NCBI RefSeq assembly: GCF_009914755.1
Contig: NC_060936.1
Reading direction: 5' to 3' (one strand)
DNA: 64,000 bases
Source of the DNA: the human T2T-CHM13v2.0 reference genome, Homo sapiens
Shown: positions 12,346-27,324 of the stretch, piece after piece
Position numbering within the stretch: the stretch's first letter is position 1
Layout: every line of letters begins with the position of its first letter
Made by a program: the position numbers and the translations under genes
The notes under the pieces: model-generated
What the model saw: the letters and a program-made list of their open reading frames with translations, nothing else
Told to the model about the DNA's origin: nothing
Databases searched by the model: none

Positions 12346-13139
12346 TGGAGACAACAAGACATTAAATGCAATGTTTTACCTTGATTTAATCATAAGGGCA
12401 AAATTAGAATTAAGAAAGAAGCATAGTAAGAGTTACTTCTAAGTGTAAAAACCCAAGGTAGAAAGTTATTGCCACTGAAACGATCATTTCAGAGACAGGC
12501 AGGATCTGTAATTGAAGACCAGCACAGTTAATATTCCATAACTCCAAGCTGTGGAACTTATTCATGTTAATCATTTTTACAATGCTCATGTGTTTTTCCA
12601 CAGTAATGATTAGTAATAACCTGAAAAATAAAGGCGTTTTCTGCCTAACTTTACTGGCATCAAGGAAAAGCAAGTTAGGGAGGCTATCCCACTTTGCAAT
12701 CAAAATGTCCAAGAATAGAACTTTTACAGAGAATAGAGAGGCAAAGGACAGGAAAAGTGGAAACCAGTCCAAGTCTGTGGGATTCATAGCCAAGAAAGAA
12801 TGAAACAGGGCATCAGTGAGGTGGTCCTGAGAGCTTCCAAGAGTCCTGGGGCCGAACATCACAGAAGATAGAGGACTTTTTCCAATGTAGTGTTTTCAAG
12901 ATATTATTTAACCAGATTTGAAAAATAACCTTGGAATTTATAGGAATTATGTCTAGTCTTATTTCTTTTAGACTGAAAATGTGTTATCTTGATTGCTATT
13001 GTGTTCTGGATTGAGAAGGAGGCAGATAGGAGAGAAGGAGGTTCTTTAGCCTCTACTCTTCAGAATAACTAAAATGAAAATTTCTCCACCTCTTACATTC
13101 TTGGCCACTCTCTACTTGCAAACTTTTTTCTTTTTACCT

Positions 13140-13360
13140 CTATCCCTGAATGATTAATGTCTATTATAATACCGTATTTATTTTCTTTATATAGAATGCA
13201 ATCTATAATTATCTTATTTACACTTTTAACTTTCTCATTGCCTCTCTCCTCTACTAAAATATGTATTCATGTTTTTTTTTTAGCCCTGTAGCCACTGTGC
13301 TTGACAAATAGTAGGATTTCAATTGATATTTGTTGAACAAATGAATAGATGAACTGATGA
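13140..13360 (+). mobile_element. L2 3' end
   Basis: ...CACTGTGCTTGACAAATAGTAGG...TATTTGTTGAACAAATGAATAGATGAA. Confidence 0.65.
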
Positions 13361-14989
13361 CTAAAAATGGAGTTAGGTTGATAGTAATAATTGTAGTTCT
13401 TCTGGCTGTTCACCCTTCATTTGCCTTTTCTATGACCCTGAATTCTCTGTAAATTCCTCCACCAAATATTTCTGGGAAGCACATGAGCTGAAAGAGAGGT
13501 CAAATGAGTTTTTGCACTACTGCTTTCTCACCATTGATAATGCCCTCAATGGAAAAAACTACAGCAGCAACAAAAAACACTGCCTATGTAAAGTTCTTGT
13601 CCTCTAGTGCTTCCAAAGTAACTGATTCCCAAAGACCCAAAGCTGAGGTGCAGGCACCAATGGAAAAAATGACCCCTGTTCAAATCCATGCCACACCTGA
13701 CCATCCGAATCTTAAAACATCATTGTGTTTAGAGTCTCAAAGTATTTTGTGAAAACAGCTTCTGTAGCATCAGTTCTTAATCACCTATCCCCTGGAACCT
13801 CAAATTTTCCTGCAGGCGAGACAAGTGTATGTACCATGTCATCCATCTTGTTTATTGTTTTACTCCCTCCTGGGCATCCATGCACTGTCCTGTCTGTCTT
13901 TAGCCACATTGCAAAGCAAACAAAATTGTCATTTCATGCAAATAAACTCCTAGGATGTTTGTCAGTACACTAGCTCTGTAAGCATACAGTTGGGAGTCCC
14001 AGCTTTACCTGTGCCAGCAATTTTTTTTTTTATCTAGATACTTCTGTGGCTCATTGCAAATATGTTTTTATAGAACTGCTTCAAAAAATTGTGGAACAAT
14101 TGTTAGTATTTTTTCCTAACCAAATTATTTCCTGTAATAATATTCCTGTTCATCAGGAGATCCCTACAAGTTAGAGAGATTTAAGCATGGGGAAGAGGAT
14201 GGAAGGAAACGGAATGAAGAGTAGTTCTCACCTTGCAGCTCCTTTCAAGTTTAAATGTTACTGAACATAGTATTTCAAACAGTGATTCAATGTATACTCT
14301 TTATTAATTTCTTATATTTGGATAGGGATCTCTCTGTCACTGGTTTCTTTGAGAGGGTCAGCTGTGGGCATATAGGGAATCAACAGCATTCAGGTCATTT
14401 TTTCTTAGGCCCCTGAGGAACATGGCTCAGTTCAGTCTGAACTCCTCTCAGAATAGGTCTATTTCTATCACCTGTAGGGACCAGCTTAGAGCCAATTAGA
14501 GTCCTGAGACCCCGAGAATCTCATAACACAGCTTCATTCCCCAAGGTCTTTGAAAATGAATTTTACATGCTGATCCCAAAGGAACTGGGTTAAACTCACC
14601 CTAGAAATTCCAAGTAGAATTCTACTGGTCATTAGAAAAACTTTTGATAAGACTAAAATTTCTTTACCTAGCTGTACTTAGTACTTTGTGAATCCTGTAC
14701 CTCATTTATGGAAACACATTCAGCTTTTAAACTAAATCCATTGAGTAGATCTAAACTTAATCATTATCTGCAGATAATGATTCTAGCAGCAATGTCTGTT
14801 TTAGGATTGCATGAATAACAAACTACATGTTAGGGTTGTCATTTTATTTTTAAGTGCTAGTTTATATAATTAAACATACATAAATTTTAACATCTTAGGG
14901 GACAGAAGACTATTATAAAAAATAATTTTATGAATAGTTATAAAAAAGTAAAGTTCAGCATATCCTGACATGAGGTTATTTCCTTGGGC

Positions 14990-16700
<1,711 letters not shown>

Positions 16701-19404
16701 TTTAGTGGTGGCTCAAGATAAAGGCAACTCTAAAAGAGGACATTTTTCCTACTTTTTCTAGGCTCAGAGAAATATACACATTTTGTAGGCTAAGAAAATA
16801 ACTAGAAAAGACTGATAAAAATAAAGTGTGAAAATTACTGACACCAAATCCTTTAGAAAGACAAAAGACTTCATTAAAAATCATAAGTAAATGGATTAGC
16901 ATGAGAGGGACTCCTTTTCCTCTAGGACAGAAAAGAAAGGAAAGGTTTTCTGATAGAAGGTAGAAATCTCCTTCCTGCTGTTCCCAGGTTTGAAATGTTG
17001 TCCTTCTAGTGAGCAGGGTAGGAAGGACAGCAACCTGGTGCTCCCCACTCAGCTGCTGGTGGGCTGTCTCTCAGGCTGGAGTGAATGGGGTTGGTAAACC
17101 AAAGGTCAGAAAAACATAGTGTCTCTGGTGGAGAGTGAAGATGTATCGAAGAAGTGTTAGGACAAGGAACACAGAGCTACTTTTCCACGCTGCAGCAAAA
17201 TCAGAGCAAACATGAGTGTGTAGACTGGGGCAGAGTGGAACCCAGTCAGGCAGGGAAATCTCTAGTCTAGGATGATGGGCAGATACCCAGATATAGGAGG
17301 AAAGGTCAAGGTGGAAACAAAATTAAACAATAAAATAATTTAAAATTTGAGAAATTAAATTAGTATCAAGTTGATGCCTGGCATTATTGATATATTTTAT
17401 TCCCTATTGTCACCAAACCTGGAAGAGGCCAGCCTACAGGTCTTTAGGGGGAGGCAAAGGGGGAAGAAAAATGGACACAATGAGTAAAGACAAAATGTTC
17501 CTAATAATTTTGTTACTTCTAATTTGGTGTGGTACAGGTATGCCATCAATCCCCAGAGGACTGTGTGTGCTTGTTGATGTGTTTTAGGGGAGACTCACAA
17601 TCTTGACTAGTACAGGAAGGTATGGGGAAAAGAAAAAGAGAAGTTTTTCTTTTCTCTGTGTTTAGGATGATGGTTCTTTCCGGTCATCTTCCATAAGTGA
17701 CAAGCAGGATCCAACAAACTGATTTTAGCAGCTCCTATAGCTTTCATTTAGGTTATATTTAACTATGGGATCATTTTTATTCCATTCAGCACCAACTTCA
17801 TTATCAGTGTTTAGTGTTTATTATGTAACAATAACAAATTCTAAATATAAGGACTTGAAGTTGTGAATCCTGTGATTTAATGTGACATTTCCTTGGAGAG
17901 GATTTTCATAGTGAATCTTGATGTTTAAAGAATGCGATGGAAATGATCTATTTCAGCTTTGCCTCTTACATTAATGGGTTTTTTTGATCCTTTATAGGAA
18001 ATGCTGGTGGTGAATAGACCTCACTGTTATAAAATGTGTATAGAAGCTTGAAAAAGGAAATACATTTTGGACTGTCTGTAAATAGTCAACTATTATGCAT
18101 TATTTATGACATATTTTGTGGCTATATAAATGCTATTGATCATGATATTTTTATCCAACAACATATGGTTGATATGATTCCCACCTGCTAGTCGTATAGT
18201 ATAAATGTTTGCTTTAAGAGTATATGAACTGGGCAAATACAGGGAACTAAATAACATACATAGTTTATGAATTGAAATATTAGTTCTTTTATATTTGAAT
18301 ATACAATATACAAGGTTCTGTTTTCATTCTGTCTTTGAAAAAAATCTTCATGTGATTTATTTGCAATATTGAGCTAAATTGTACCAGTTTTATAGGAACA
18401 TATTTTGTTAAATAGCATAAAAAATTTTAATAATTTAATCTTCATGAATGAAAAATTATCTAAACATATACCAGATTCTCTGAGGATCTCATATCATAAC
18501 TTTTATGGAAACTAAATTGTGATTTGAGAATATAATAAAATTCTAAGCAGTCTTAAGGAACTAAGAATTGGCCTTTGGGAGCCTCTAGTATTTAATTGTT
18601 AAGCACAGGCCCTGTCTGCTTATATAATGTAATTTCTTCAAGTGGTTCTTTCAAAAAGAACTTTTCTTTTTTTTTTTTTTTTTTTTTTGCAGGGGAGGGT
18701 CCCTGTTCTGTCGCCATAGTTTTTAGGAGCTTGGAAAAGTTGTTGAAACACTGTCCATATGTTTATTACTTATTTTGAATGGCAGTAGCATTTTCTTAGA
18801 GCAGGGAAGAAATTTGTGTTTTACATGCTAAGACAGCCGATAAGAGAACTATTTTAGTGTCATAGAATCAAAGTATGGGAGCTCAGAGGGACTCAGAATA
18901 CTAAGTTCTGCACTGTGTTTTTTACAAATAAAGAAACTAAGATCCAGTATTATTATCGCTTGGCCAAAACGTTACAACACTTTAGTGACATTTACTGTGA
19001 TATATGTTTTTAAATACCACATAGGGTTATATTTTTGCACATCACATAAAGCAAGTTACTGGATATTGAGTCATCTTAATCACTTGGTCATTTTACATTT
19101 CCAACAGTCGCTTTTCCTTTCCATATCCAGGTTAGTAGCATGTTTTGCAGTATAATACTCTTAAAAACATTAAAAAGATCATTTAGTTCCAGTTAATACA
19201 AATAATAGTACCATCGGTTCTTTATAAAAGACATGCCTCTCGCTATATACTTCATTATAGAAAATTCAAGTTTATCAGACCTGCATGAGACCACACCATT
19301 GATCTCTTTTCCCTGCTACATTCCCGACTATTTTTTTAAACTGAAAAGACTTACTGGTGTCTGACTTAATCCTTCAAAAAGATTTTAAGAGATGCTAAGC
19401 AAAA

Positions 19405-19680
19405 TTTCTGTTAGGAGGAATAAGTTCAAGAAATTTATTATACATCATGGTGACTGCAGTTAATAACAATATATTATATATTTGAAAATTGCTGAGAGTA
19501 GATTTTAAGTGTTCTCATCACAGAAAATAAGCATGTGAGGTGCTATGTACGTTAAATACCTTGATGTAGTCATTTCAGAATGTATACATATAGCAAAACA
19601 TTTTACATCATAAATATATATAATTTTTACTTGTTAATTTAAGAAATATATTAATAAAATCATATAAACTAAAAAAAAAT
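19405..19680 (+). mobile_element. L1MA 3' end, 5'-truncated
   Basis: AGGAGGAATAAGTTCAAGA...GAAAATTGCTGAGAGTAGATTTTAAGTGTTCTCATCAC... with A-rich tail. Confidence 0.88.
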
Positions 19681-20144
19681 GCTAAAGTCATACTCTTGGT
19701 TTGATCTTTTCCTTGGCTTAGTGACCTTGTTTTTACTTGTCCTGAGTGTCTTAACTTGAGAATCTTTTACCAGGCTAAAGCTAAGTGGGGGGTGGGGGCA
19801 GAAAATATCTTTCAATCCTGCAAGTCCTGTAACACCTACCCCTTTTCCTATTTTTGTCCCTGCTATCCTGCTATTATGGCCTTATTGCTTCCATAGTAAC
19901 CTTCTAAATGTAGCTAATTACCACCAACTCATGCAAGCAGCAACATCTCCAAACCTCTTTTCCCAGAGCCCCAAATACATTGTGTACATTTTCTGCATTT
20001 GAAGATATCAGGGAAAAGTTTTACCAAATATTTTGTTACTGTTTAACATAACTTGCCATTTTTCTAACTTCTTCTAACAGATTCCTCACTATTGCCTGCC
20101 CATCCTTGAAGCCAATGTGTTTCTCAGGATTTTGTTTTATGCAC

Positions 20145-20555
20145 CCTAGCTCAGATTTTGCTATTCTGTCAAACAACTGCAATCTCTTAGGGCTTACAAT
20201 AACAGATATTTATTTCTTGCCCATGCTGCTTAGGCACTATGGGTCAGCTGTGGCTCTGGTTGGTTCTGAGGGGCTCAGCTAACCGTCAAACATTTTCTTA
20301 TTTTCTGGGATCCAGGCTAAAGGGACATGTTCTTATTTTGGAAAGCAAGGACTGCTATAAAGGCAAAACATGCAAACACATTTTAAACATACTCTTGGAC
20401 ATGGCCTACACTGCATTGACTTACATTCCATTGGCAAAAGGCAGTCACATGTCCAAACCTAAAGTCAATGGATGGGGGCTATACTTTGCCTACAGAGAAA
20501 TATGACAAGTATGAGTAGGGGACAAATAAGTATTAACAAAAATAAAATCTACCAA
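20145..20555 (-). mobile_element. MLT1J/K-like LTR
   Basis: GGCTTACAATAACAGATATTTATTTCTTGC...CACATGTCCAAACCTAAAGTCAATGGATGGGG. Confidence 0.7.
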
Positions 20556-21915
20556 TTCAATTCACTCGTAAGTGTATGGTAGAAGAAAGACCTGGTAACT
20601 TTATTAAGTTCCTATGAATTCTACATTCCTTCCCTTCAACATGGCTCTTTCATAATCCTGATTATTGGTATTATTTTCTGACTCCAGTGGATAGTTAACA
20701 TTCTGTGGGTTCCAGCTTTCATTTCCTCCTCTTCTTTTGATAATTACCAACTAATTGAGTGTCTCCTGAAGTCATTGGGGAAGCACATAGCTGGAATGGT
20801 GGAGGCAGAAAACCCAGGCAAGTGACCACGAGGAAAGCCATTATTAGAACAAGCAAAATACAAGAGGGTGGAGAAGGAGTGGCAATATGACCACTTTAAG
20901 GAGTTCATGAATGAAAGATAGTAAGTTGGTAGGAAGTGTATGGCTTTTAATTCATTAAAAACATAGTTCTAGAGTGAGACGAATACTGCGGTAGACTTTA
21001 AGACTTTGAACAAGATATTTGACATCTTTGAACTTTATTTTCATTGCCTGCCAAATGAAGACAATAGCTAAAAGATAGTATTATGTGAAAATGCATATTA
21101 AATTGTTAAGTGTCTTGCTTATTGATACTTACCTGTACCATAACAGGTGGCAGCAATGTTTTATATATATGCAATTGGTAATCAGCAAATGTTATTTATA
21201 TCTAAATTTTTATGTGGTGACTGTCTGTGAGTATCCTCTTTACAATTATGCAGGAGTCTCATAATTTCATTTAGGTATGACTAAAGACAAATCAATATAA
21301 AACAAAAAAGGAGAAACTTAAAACAACGTAGGTAAGATCTGTAAATAAAATACAGCTTCCAGTTTCATTGTGTTTCCTTACAAAAACTATATTTGAATCA
21401 GTTGTGGACTAGTTAAAAGCAACCTATTTTTCAAAGCAGACATAAAAATCAAAATTAGGGCAAATAAGTAAATGTGTAATATTAATTTAAGTACTGTATA
21501 TATTATGCCATTATAGTGGTATTATATCAACTTAATATAATTAAGGAATTATAATTTTTTCTGCAATCCTTATCCTAATTCTATAGCCTATGTTTATGTT
21601 TTTTTGACATGTGTCTTTTATCACATATTTGGAATTATGCTATCATACAGGTTTATATCACTATTTTTAAACTAAAAATTATATAATAAATACTTCCCTT
21701 TGTATTATGGAGCTTTCCTAATCATTATTTAATGTATATATAATAGTTTATCAAGTGAATGACAGTAATATATGCAACCGCTTCTCAGAGTTGGCATTTA
21801 GATTAGTTTTCCCATATTATGATTACTCAAGTGAGCTAGGGGAAGGGGTCATAGAATCCTGAGACTAGCTGACAAAGTGTTGAGTGACAAAGAGATAGAT
21901 GGAACTAAGTATGTT

Positions 21916-22042
21916 CAGGATTCTAAAAAGAGCAATGGTTCACAAGGAAACTTCTGCCTCAGGTGGGGAGAGGAGTCCATAGATCAGGGAAACTTATGTC
22001 TTGGTGAAATGGAAGACCATGTTTCTAAACACCTGTCGCCAG
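21916..22042 (+). other. SLC16A7: Probable alternative non-coding first exon (5' UTR) of SLC16A7; 5' end approximate
   Basis: Unique non-repeat sequence ending in the donor CAG|GTTGGT (GT at 22043-22044). Joining it to 37343 gives ...CTGTCGCCAG|GTTACTTGAATTTCC..., which agrees with my unverified recollection of an MCT2 cDNA leader. Confidence 0.6.
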
Positions 22043-22885
22043 GTTGGTTCACCTTGCTGTGGTACTGTTCTTAATCCTGCCTCAGTGATACTGTATTTTT
22101 TAGAAACTTAAGGGATTCTAACATCTTTCTGAATCTCATCATTGATATCAGGAGATCCTGTGGGGTTTTTTTTATTTGATTTTTTTAAAATGGGCATTTT
22201 AATATAAAAGTCAGAAAGGTATTCTTTGGCCATGTAATCTTCCTAGAAGTATCCAGGAATTTTTCTTTAACTCCTCTTCTGTAGTGCCAGTTAATGATCT
22301 AATGCTTTCAAATTGAGAAAAGAACCAAAACACCAGAGAATCTTTGGAAACTAATGCAAAATGGAGGATCCAAAATCTCTTAAATATAATTCTGTTTTTT
22401 TCCTAAGTTGAAAGGTGAGAAAAGTATTATTAAGTGGCTTCCCAGCTATGCTCTAAGGAATTCTAAACTTTCTAGGAAGAACCAGGGACAATTTCAGGAG
22501 TCAGGGGATGCTGATAAGTGGAATTCCAGGCTCTCTATGATGCTTCCAACCCCATAAACCAGAGTAGCTGGTTTGCATAGCAGGATTCTGAGTAAGATTT
22601 CATTCCTAGAAAGGATTCTGTGGCTTTAAAAGCTTTAGAAGGAGAAAAACAAAAACAAAACGGGATATACACACAATGATTGTTATCATCCTCTTTTACT
22701 GTAGAGCCATATACGTAATTTCCCTAAGCCATGACTCTGGGAGAGAAGAAAAGACTGCACACATGGTAACATGTAAAACTCTCAGATAAATTTTTCCCTA
22801 AAGGACATGAAAATCATATTTAAAAGTTTGGGCTGACTCTCCTTTTCAGGAGGGGAGCACTGTTCAGCACTGTTCAGGCTTCCTA

Positions 22886-23420
22886 TGTAAGGGAAGAAAA
22901 AAATAATTTTCTTTCTATATTTTCTGAGTTCTTAGCTGTGACCCCAGTAACTAAGTGCAGATTAACAAGAGAAAAACAAAAAGAAGTTTATTAAAGTATG
23001 TACATCATTATACTTGTGAGATACCCAGAAAAATGAGTAAATCTCAAGGAGGTGGATTTGAATTCAGGCTTTAATACCATTGTCCACTGATAAAAAGAAA
23101 GAAGAGTGTAGGAAGGGCCAGTTATGTGGAGATGCCTAGAAAAAGCATATAAACAATGATAAGGTTTGTTACACAGATTAAGTCCATGCCTTCTCTTTTG
23201 GTAAGTCTCTAGTTATTTAGTTGTTCTTCTCTTCCTGGTGCAGAGAGGGAGACACCACTAAAAATAGAAATTTCCTTTATAGATATAAATTTCCCTTACA
23301 AAAAGGGTGACTTAACTTTCAGAGCTTCTCCTGTGTCTGCTGGTTCTCAAAATAATCAGCTCAAAGTAATCCTTATGCTAAAGAGGCATATTTTGGGGTG
23401 GCATATTCCGGTCTTCTGTA
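22886..23420 (-). mobile_element. MER34-family LTR (ERV1)
   Basis: Right end CTCAAAATAATCAGCTCAAAGTAATCCTTATGCTAAAGAGGCATATTTTGGGGTGGCATATTC is the reverse complement of the MER34 start. Confidence 0.8.
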
Positions 23421-23759
23421 AACACTAGATAATATCTATAAGCACGGATCGATTTCTCTTTCCTCAAGTATGATAGAAATTTAGCTACAAGGAGAAAATC
23501 ATTAGAAAAAAAGATAAGAAAATTTTATATTTAATATGAACAGAAGTACAACTCACAACCAAGTAAACATGTAAGGAAATATATTTATATTTGCATACTA
23601 AAGTTTTGTATTTCAACATTTTTGTATTTGCAAGTTTTTAATAGAAACATAAGATTTACTCATTATATAATATTTAAAGATTTCAAAATATATAAATCAT
23701 ACATGGTCACTTTCCAAAGGCATAATTTGTATAGATATGTAAATATATGTACATTATCT

Positions 23760-24194
23760 CACTAAAGGAAGAAGCTGAGGAAAAATTAATATACATAGAA
23801 AGTTTATTTGGACCAAGCTTGCGGATTGCAGCTCTGGAGCATCGATTCAGTTGCCCCGAATATACACTCCAATTAGTGGCAGTCTACAAGTGGATTTTTA
23901 AAAGAAGAGGGGGTTCTTGAGTTGTTTACAAAAAAAATTACATTAAAATAACATCAGCTATTGATTGGCTATATGTTGTTTTTGTTTGTTTGTTTTGTGT
24001 GACAAACTCCAGAACATGAAGATAATGGATGAAGCAGCTAGTCAAGAACAAAATTACTTTGAACAATTGCCTCCACCATGGGTGGGGAAGAGGGGCTGGG
24101 CTGACTGAAGTCTCATACTCATGTCTCTCTGGGCCTGATAAATTTTGGATACCTCATGTTGCTCAGATTGCTCTGAGCTAGTTTTCTTTTCTCA
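23760..24194 (-). mobile_element. MER65A-like LTR (ERV1)
   Basis: Right end CTCATGTCTCTCTGGGCCTGATAAATTTTG...CTCTGAGCTAGTTTTCTTTTCTCA is the reverse complement of the MER65 start. Confidence 0.8.
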
Positions 24195-24524
24195 ACCTAA
24201 GTAGTCTTTCTGTGTATACAATTTAAAATAATTATATTCTGTTCTACATCTTACTTTTTTCATTTATTACACTTTTAACAACATTTTAGCTGTATAAGTG
24301 CATGTAAATCTGCCTATTCATTTTATAGTTATATGATATTAACACTTTTTATGAATGTACAATTTATACATTTTCTAATGACTTTCAGTTTGCCACAGTG
24401 ATAAATGATGTTGCCCTGGACATCATGTGTCTTTGCATACCTGTGCAATTGTGCCTACAAGAAAAACATCTTTGTAGTGCAGTTGCTTGGTTAATGGCTT
24501 TTATAAATGAGTCACCACTACTAC

Positions 24525-24968
24525 TATACTAGTTTCCTGGGGCAGTCGTAGCAAACTACTACAAACTTGGTGGCTTAAAACAATAGAACTATATTCTTAC
24601 ATTTCTAGACATCAAGGTGAAGAACCACATTCCTTAAAAAGGTTCTATGGGAGACTCTGTTCCATGCCTCTTCTAGCTTCTGGTGGCAGTTGGCATTCCT
24701 TGGCTTGTGGTCACATCACTTTCTGCTGGGCCTCCATCCTCACATCACATCTCTCTCTGCGTCTTCCTTTCTGTGTGTGTGTCTCTGAACTCCCTCTGGC
24801 TCTTTTTGTTATAAGGATACATGTGATTGCATTTAGGGCCCACCTGGGTAATCCAGGGTAAGATTCTCTCTCAACAGCCTTAATTTATACACTCTTTTGC
24901 CATATAAGGTAATATTACAAGTTCTGGGGATCCAGACATGGACATAGCTGGCATTCACCCTATTATAA
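24525..24968 (-). mobile_element. MLT1C/D-like LTR
   Basis: ACAAACTTGGTGGCTTAAAACAA...TGTGATTGCATTTAGGGCCCACCTGGGTAATCCAGG. Confidence 0.85.
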
Positions 24969-24987
24969 CTTTTTACACACAATTCTG

Positions 24988-25132
24988 CCGTTTGAGTATA
25001 TCTTGTCCGAAATGCTTGAAACCAGGTCAGCTGTGGAATTTGTCACTTGTGATGTCAAATAGGCACTCAAAAAGTTTTGGATTTTGAAGCATAATTTTTC
25101 TGATTTTTGGATTTGGGGATGTTCAACCTGTA
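24988..25132 (+). mobile_element. Tigger4a/MER46A-like DNA element, internally deleted
   Basis: TTGAGTATATCTTGTCCGAAATGCTTG...GGGATGTTCAACCTG followed by TA. Confidence 0.75.
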
Positions 25133-26913
25133 TTAGAAATCAGGGGAATTGTTTTGTATGGGAGGTGTACTTCCAATTCTTCATAGATAATTATATACTG
25201 GTTTATATTATTTTTTTCTAACTTGCCCATTATAAAGCATTTTTAGTTAGTTTGACCCTTATTGCCAGTTAGCATTCTCAAAGTCATTTAACCACCGCAA
25301 TAGTGTAGTCTAAAAACAGGTTTTGTGTTACTGACATTTTGTGGTCTATGAGCTATTGATATCTCTCTTGTCTAGATGTCAAAGTAAATTAGTCAATAGG
25401 ATTTAAGAGATGGTTCACTCTGAAGAATAAAATAGCCTCTCGGGATTAGAGTCCAATTTTAATTTAATTACATGTTGGGAAAGAAAAGATTTGGTTCAAT
25501 TTAATTTCTGTTGTAAAATTGGGTGAGTTGTCACCTAAACTTAAACACTGTACATTAATTTGATGTTGCTATATCCTTTTGTATAAAAAAAGAAAATAGC
25601 CAAAAAACCAGACAATTATTCTTTGAGAACAAATTAATTCATTTAGGTGAAAACATAATATAATATAACTTATAAACACTTTATAAGTAGGATGTAGAGA
25701 AAAACTCATGCTTTAACTGTAGGGCTTCTAGAGGAATTTATAGTGAAACCAATAGTCTAAGAACTATTGATTATTTTGGGACTTAGTTTGCTGAGTACAT
25801 TATTTCTAAACTGTATTTTGAAATATAAACTTCTGGATAGCATGGAATATTGGTAAGACTTCATAGAATGGAGGCATGCTGGTTTAGGTTTCAAAAGTTG
25901 AAGAAAGATTATTCACAAAATAAATAAAGGAACATTCTAATATTTTATGTGACTGAAAGAGTCTTGAATAAAATATTATAGTCTAGCCATGGATCATCAC
26001 TAATAGTTTCATTACTCCTATGTGTTACATATTTTTCTCCATAGTTTAATCAACCCGTATTGATTCTAAAAGAAAAGGCAAAGTTATTGGGCTTCAGTCC
26101 ATCCCACCACATAAATTGTTGAAAAACACCTGAAGGTCACTCTTGTAAACAGTGATATTATATTGGAGCCTATACACTCAAAAACATTATGGACAGCACA
26201 GGTGTAAATAAGCTGGAAAGATGATGAATTTCAAAAGACTTTGAAGGATAGTTGTAGTTTTTGAATTCCAAAGATAAGAATATAAATTCTGATGAACAAG
26301 ACCATCAGAATGGACATGCGCAAGAACTGAAATCTGGAAATTCCCAGAGGAATAAAATCGAAGGAGTATAATTTTATGCAGAAAAAGTTAGCTTTCATGT
26401 TGTGTTATAGTGGAATCAGCAACAAAAGCCCTAATGAAAAAAAATACTAGTTGTGGTAGCAATTTGGTCACCTACTAGACATTATACTTAAAAAAGTCAC
26501 TTTGCAATTCTGATCCTTTATGCCCTCATCTATGAAACGTGATTCAAAATACCAGTTCCTTGGAGTTCATGGGATTATGAAAATAAATTATTTGTATTTT
26601 TAGAAAAATAAAAAGCTCTAAAACATTGTTTATTTTTATGCACCCTATTACAAGTAAAGCCAATCATAAATCATATGGCATGTGTGTGATTACTAAGGAT
26701 CAAAATTAGCAGATGACAAAGCCCAACTTCTGGCTATAATAATTAAAGCTACTTTTGTAGGGGGAATAAGCTTTATGCCTACTTGGACTTCAGGAAGCAG
26801 TCCTCTAAATAATGGTTTTTCCAAATTGAAGGAAAGCCTTCTCACTGGCTTAAGGATTGTTGGTTTTCTACAGGCTTTGTAGTCAGACACACAAACTCTA
26901 AAACACTACCTTT

Positions 26914-27324
26914 TTAAAAAAACTTTTAAACCACTTTAATGGGGTATGATTTACATACAAAAAGCTGTCTATAATGTATACAACCTGGTTAGTTTGGAGA
27001 TAAGTGTACACCCATGAAACCGTCACTGCAATATATGCTTTAAATATATCCACATCCAAAAGTTTGCTCCTGCCTTCTTTATTATTGTTACATTTTGAAA
27101 AGAACACAACATAAGATCTACCCTCATTCCACATGGTTTAAGTGTACAATACAGTATTGTTAACTACAGATAATATGCTGTACAGTAGATCTCTAAGATC
27201 TATTCATCTTGCATAATTTTATCTTTGTTTCTTTGACTAATTCCTCTCCATTTTCCTCTTCTAGTCACCTGGAAACAACTATACTATTCTCTGCTTCTAT
27301 GTTTCCTCATCTTTAATGTTTCCA
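26914..27324 (-). mobile_element. L1MA 3' end with perfect 16-bp TSD
   Basis: Antisense L1MA9/10-like sequence flanked by CTAAAACACTACCTTT at 26898-26913 and 27325-27340. Confidence 0.9.
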
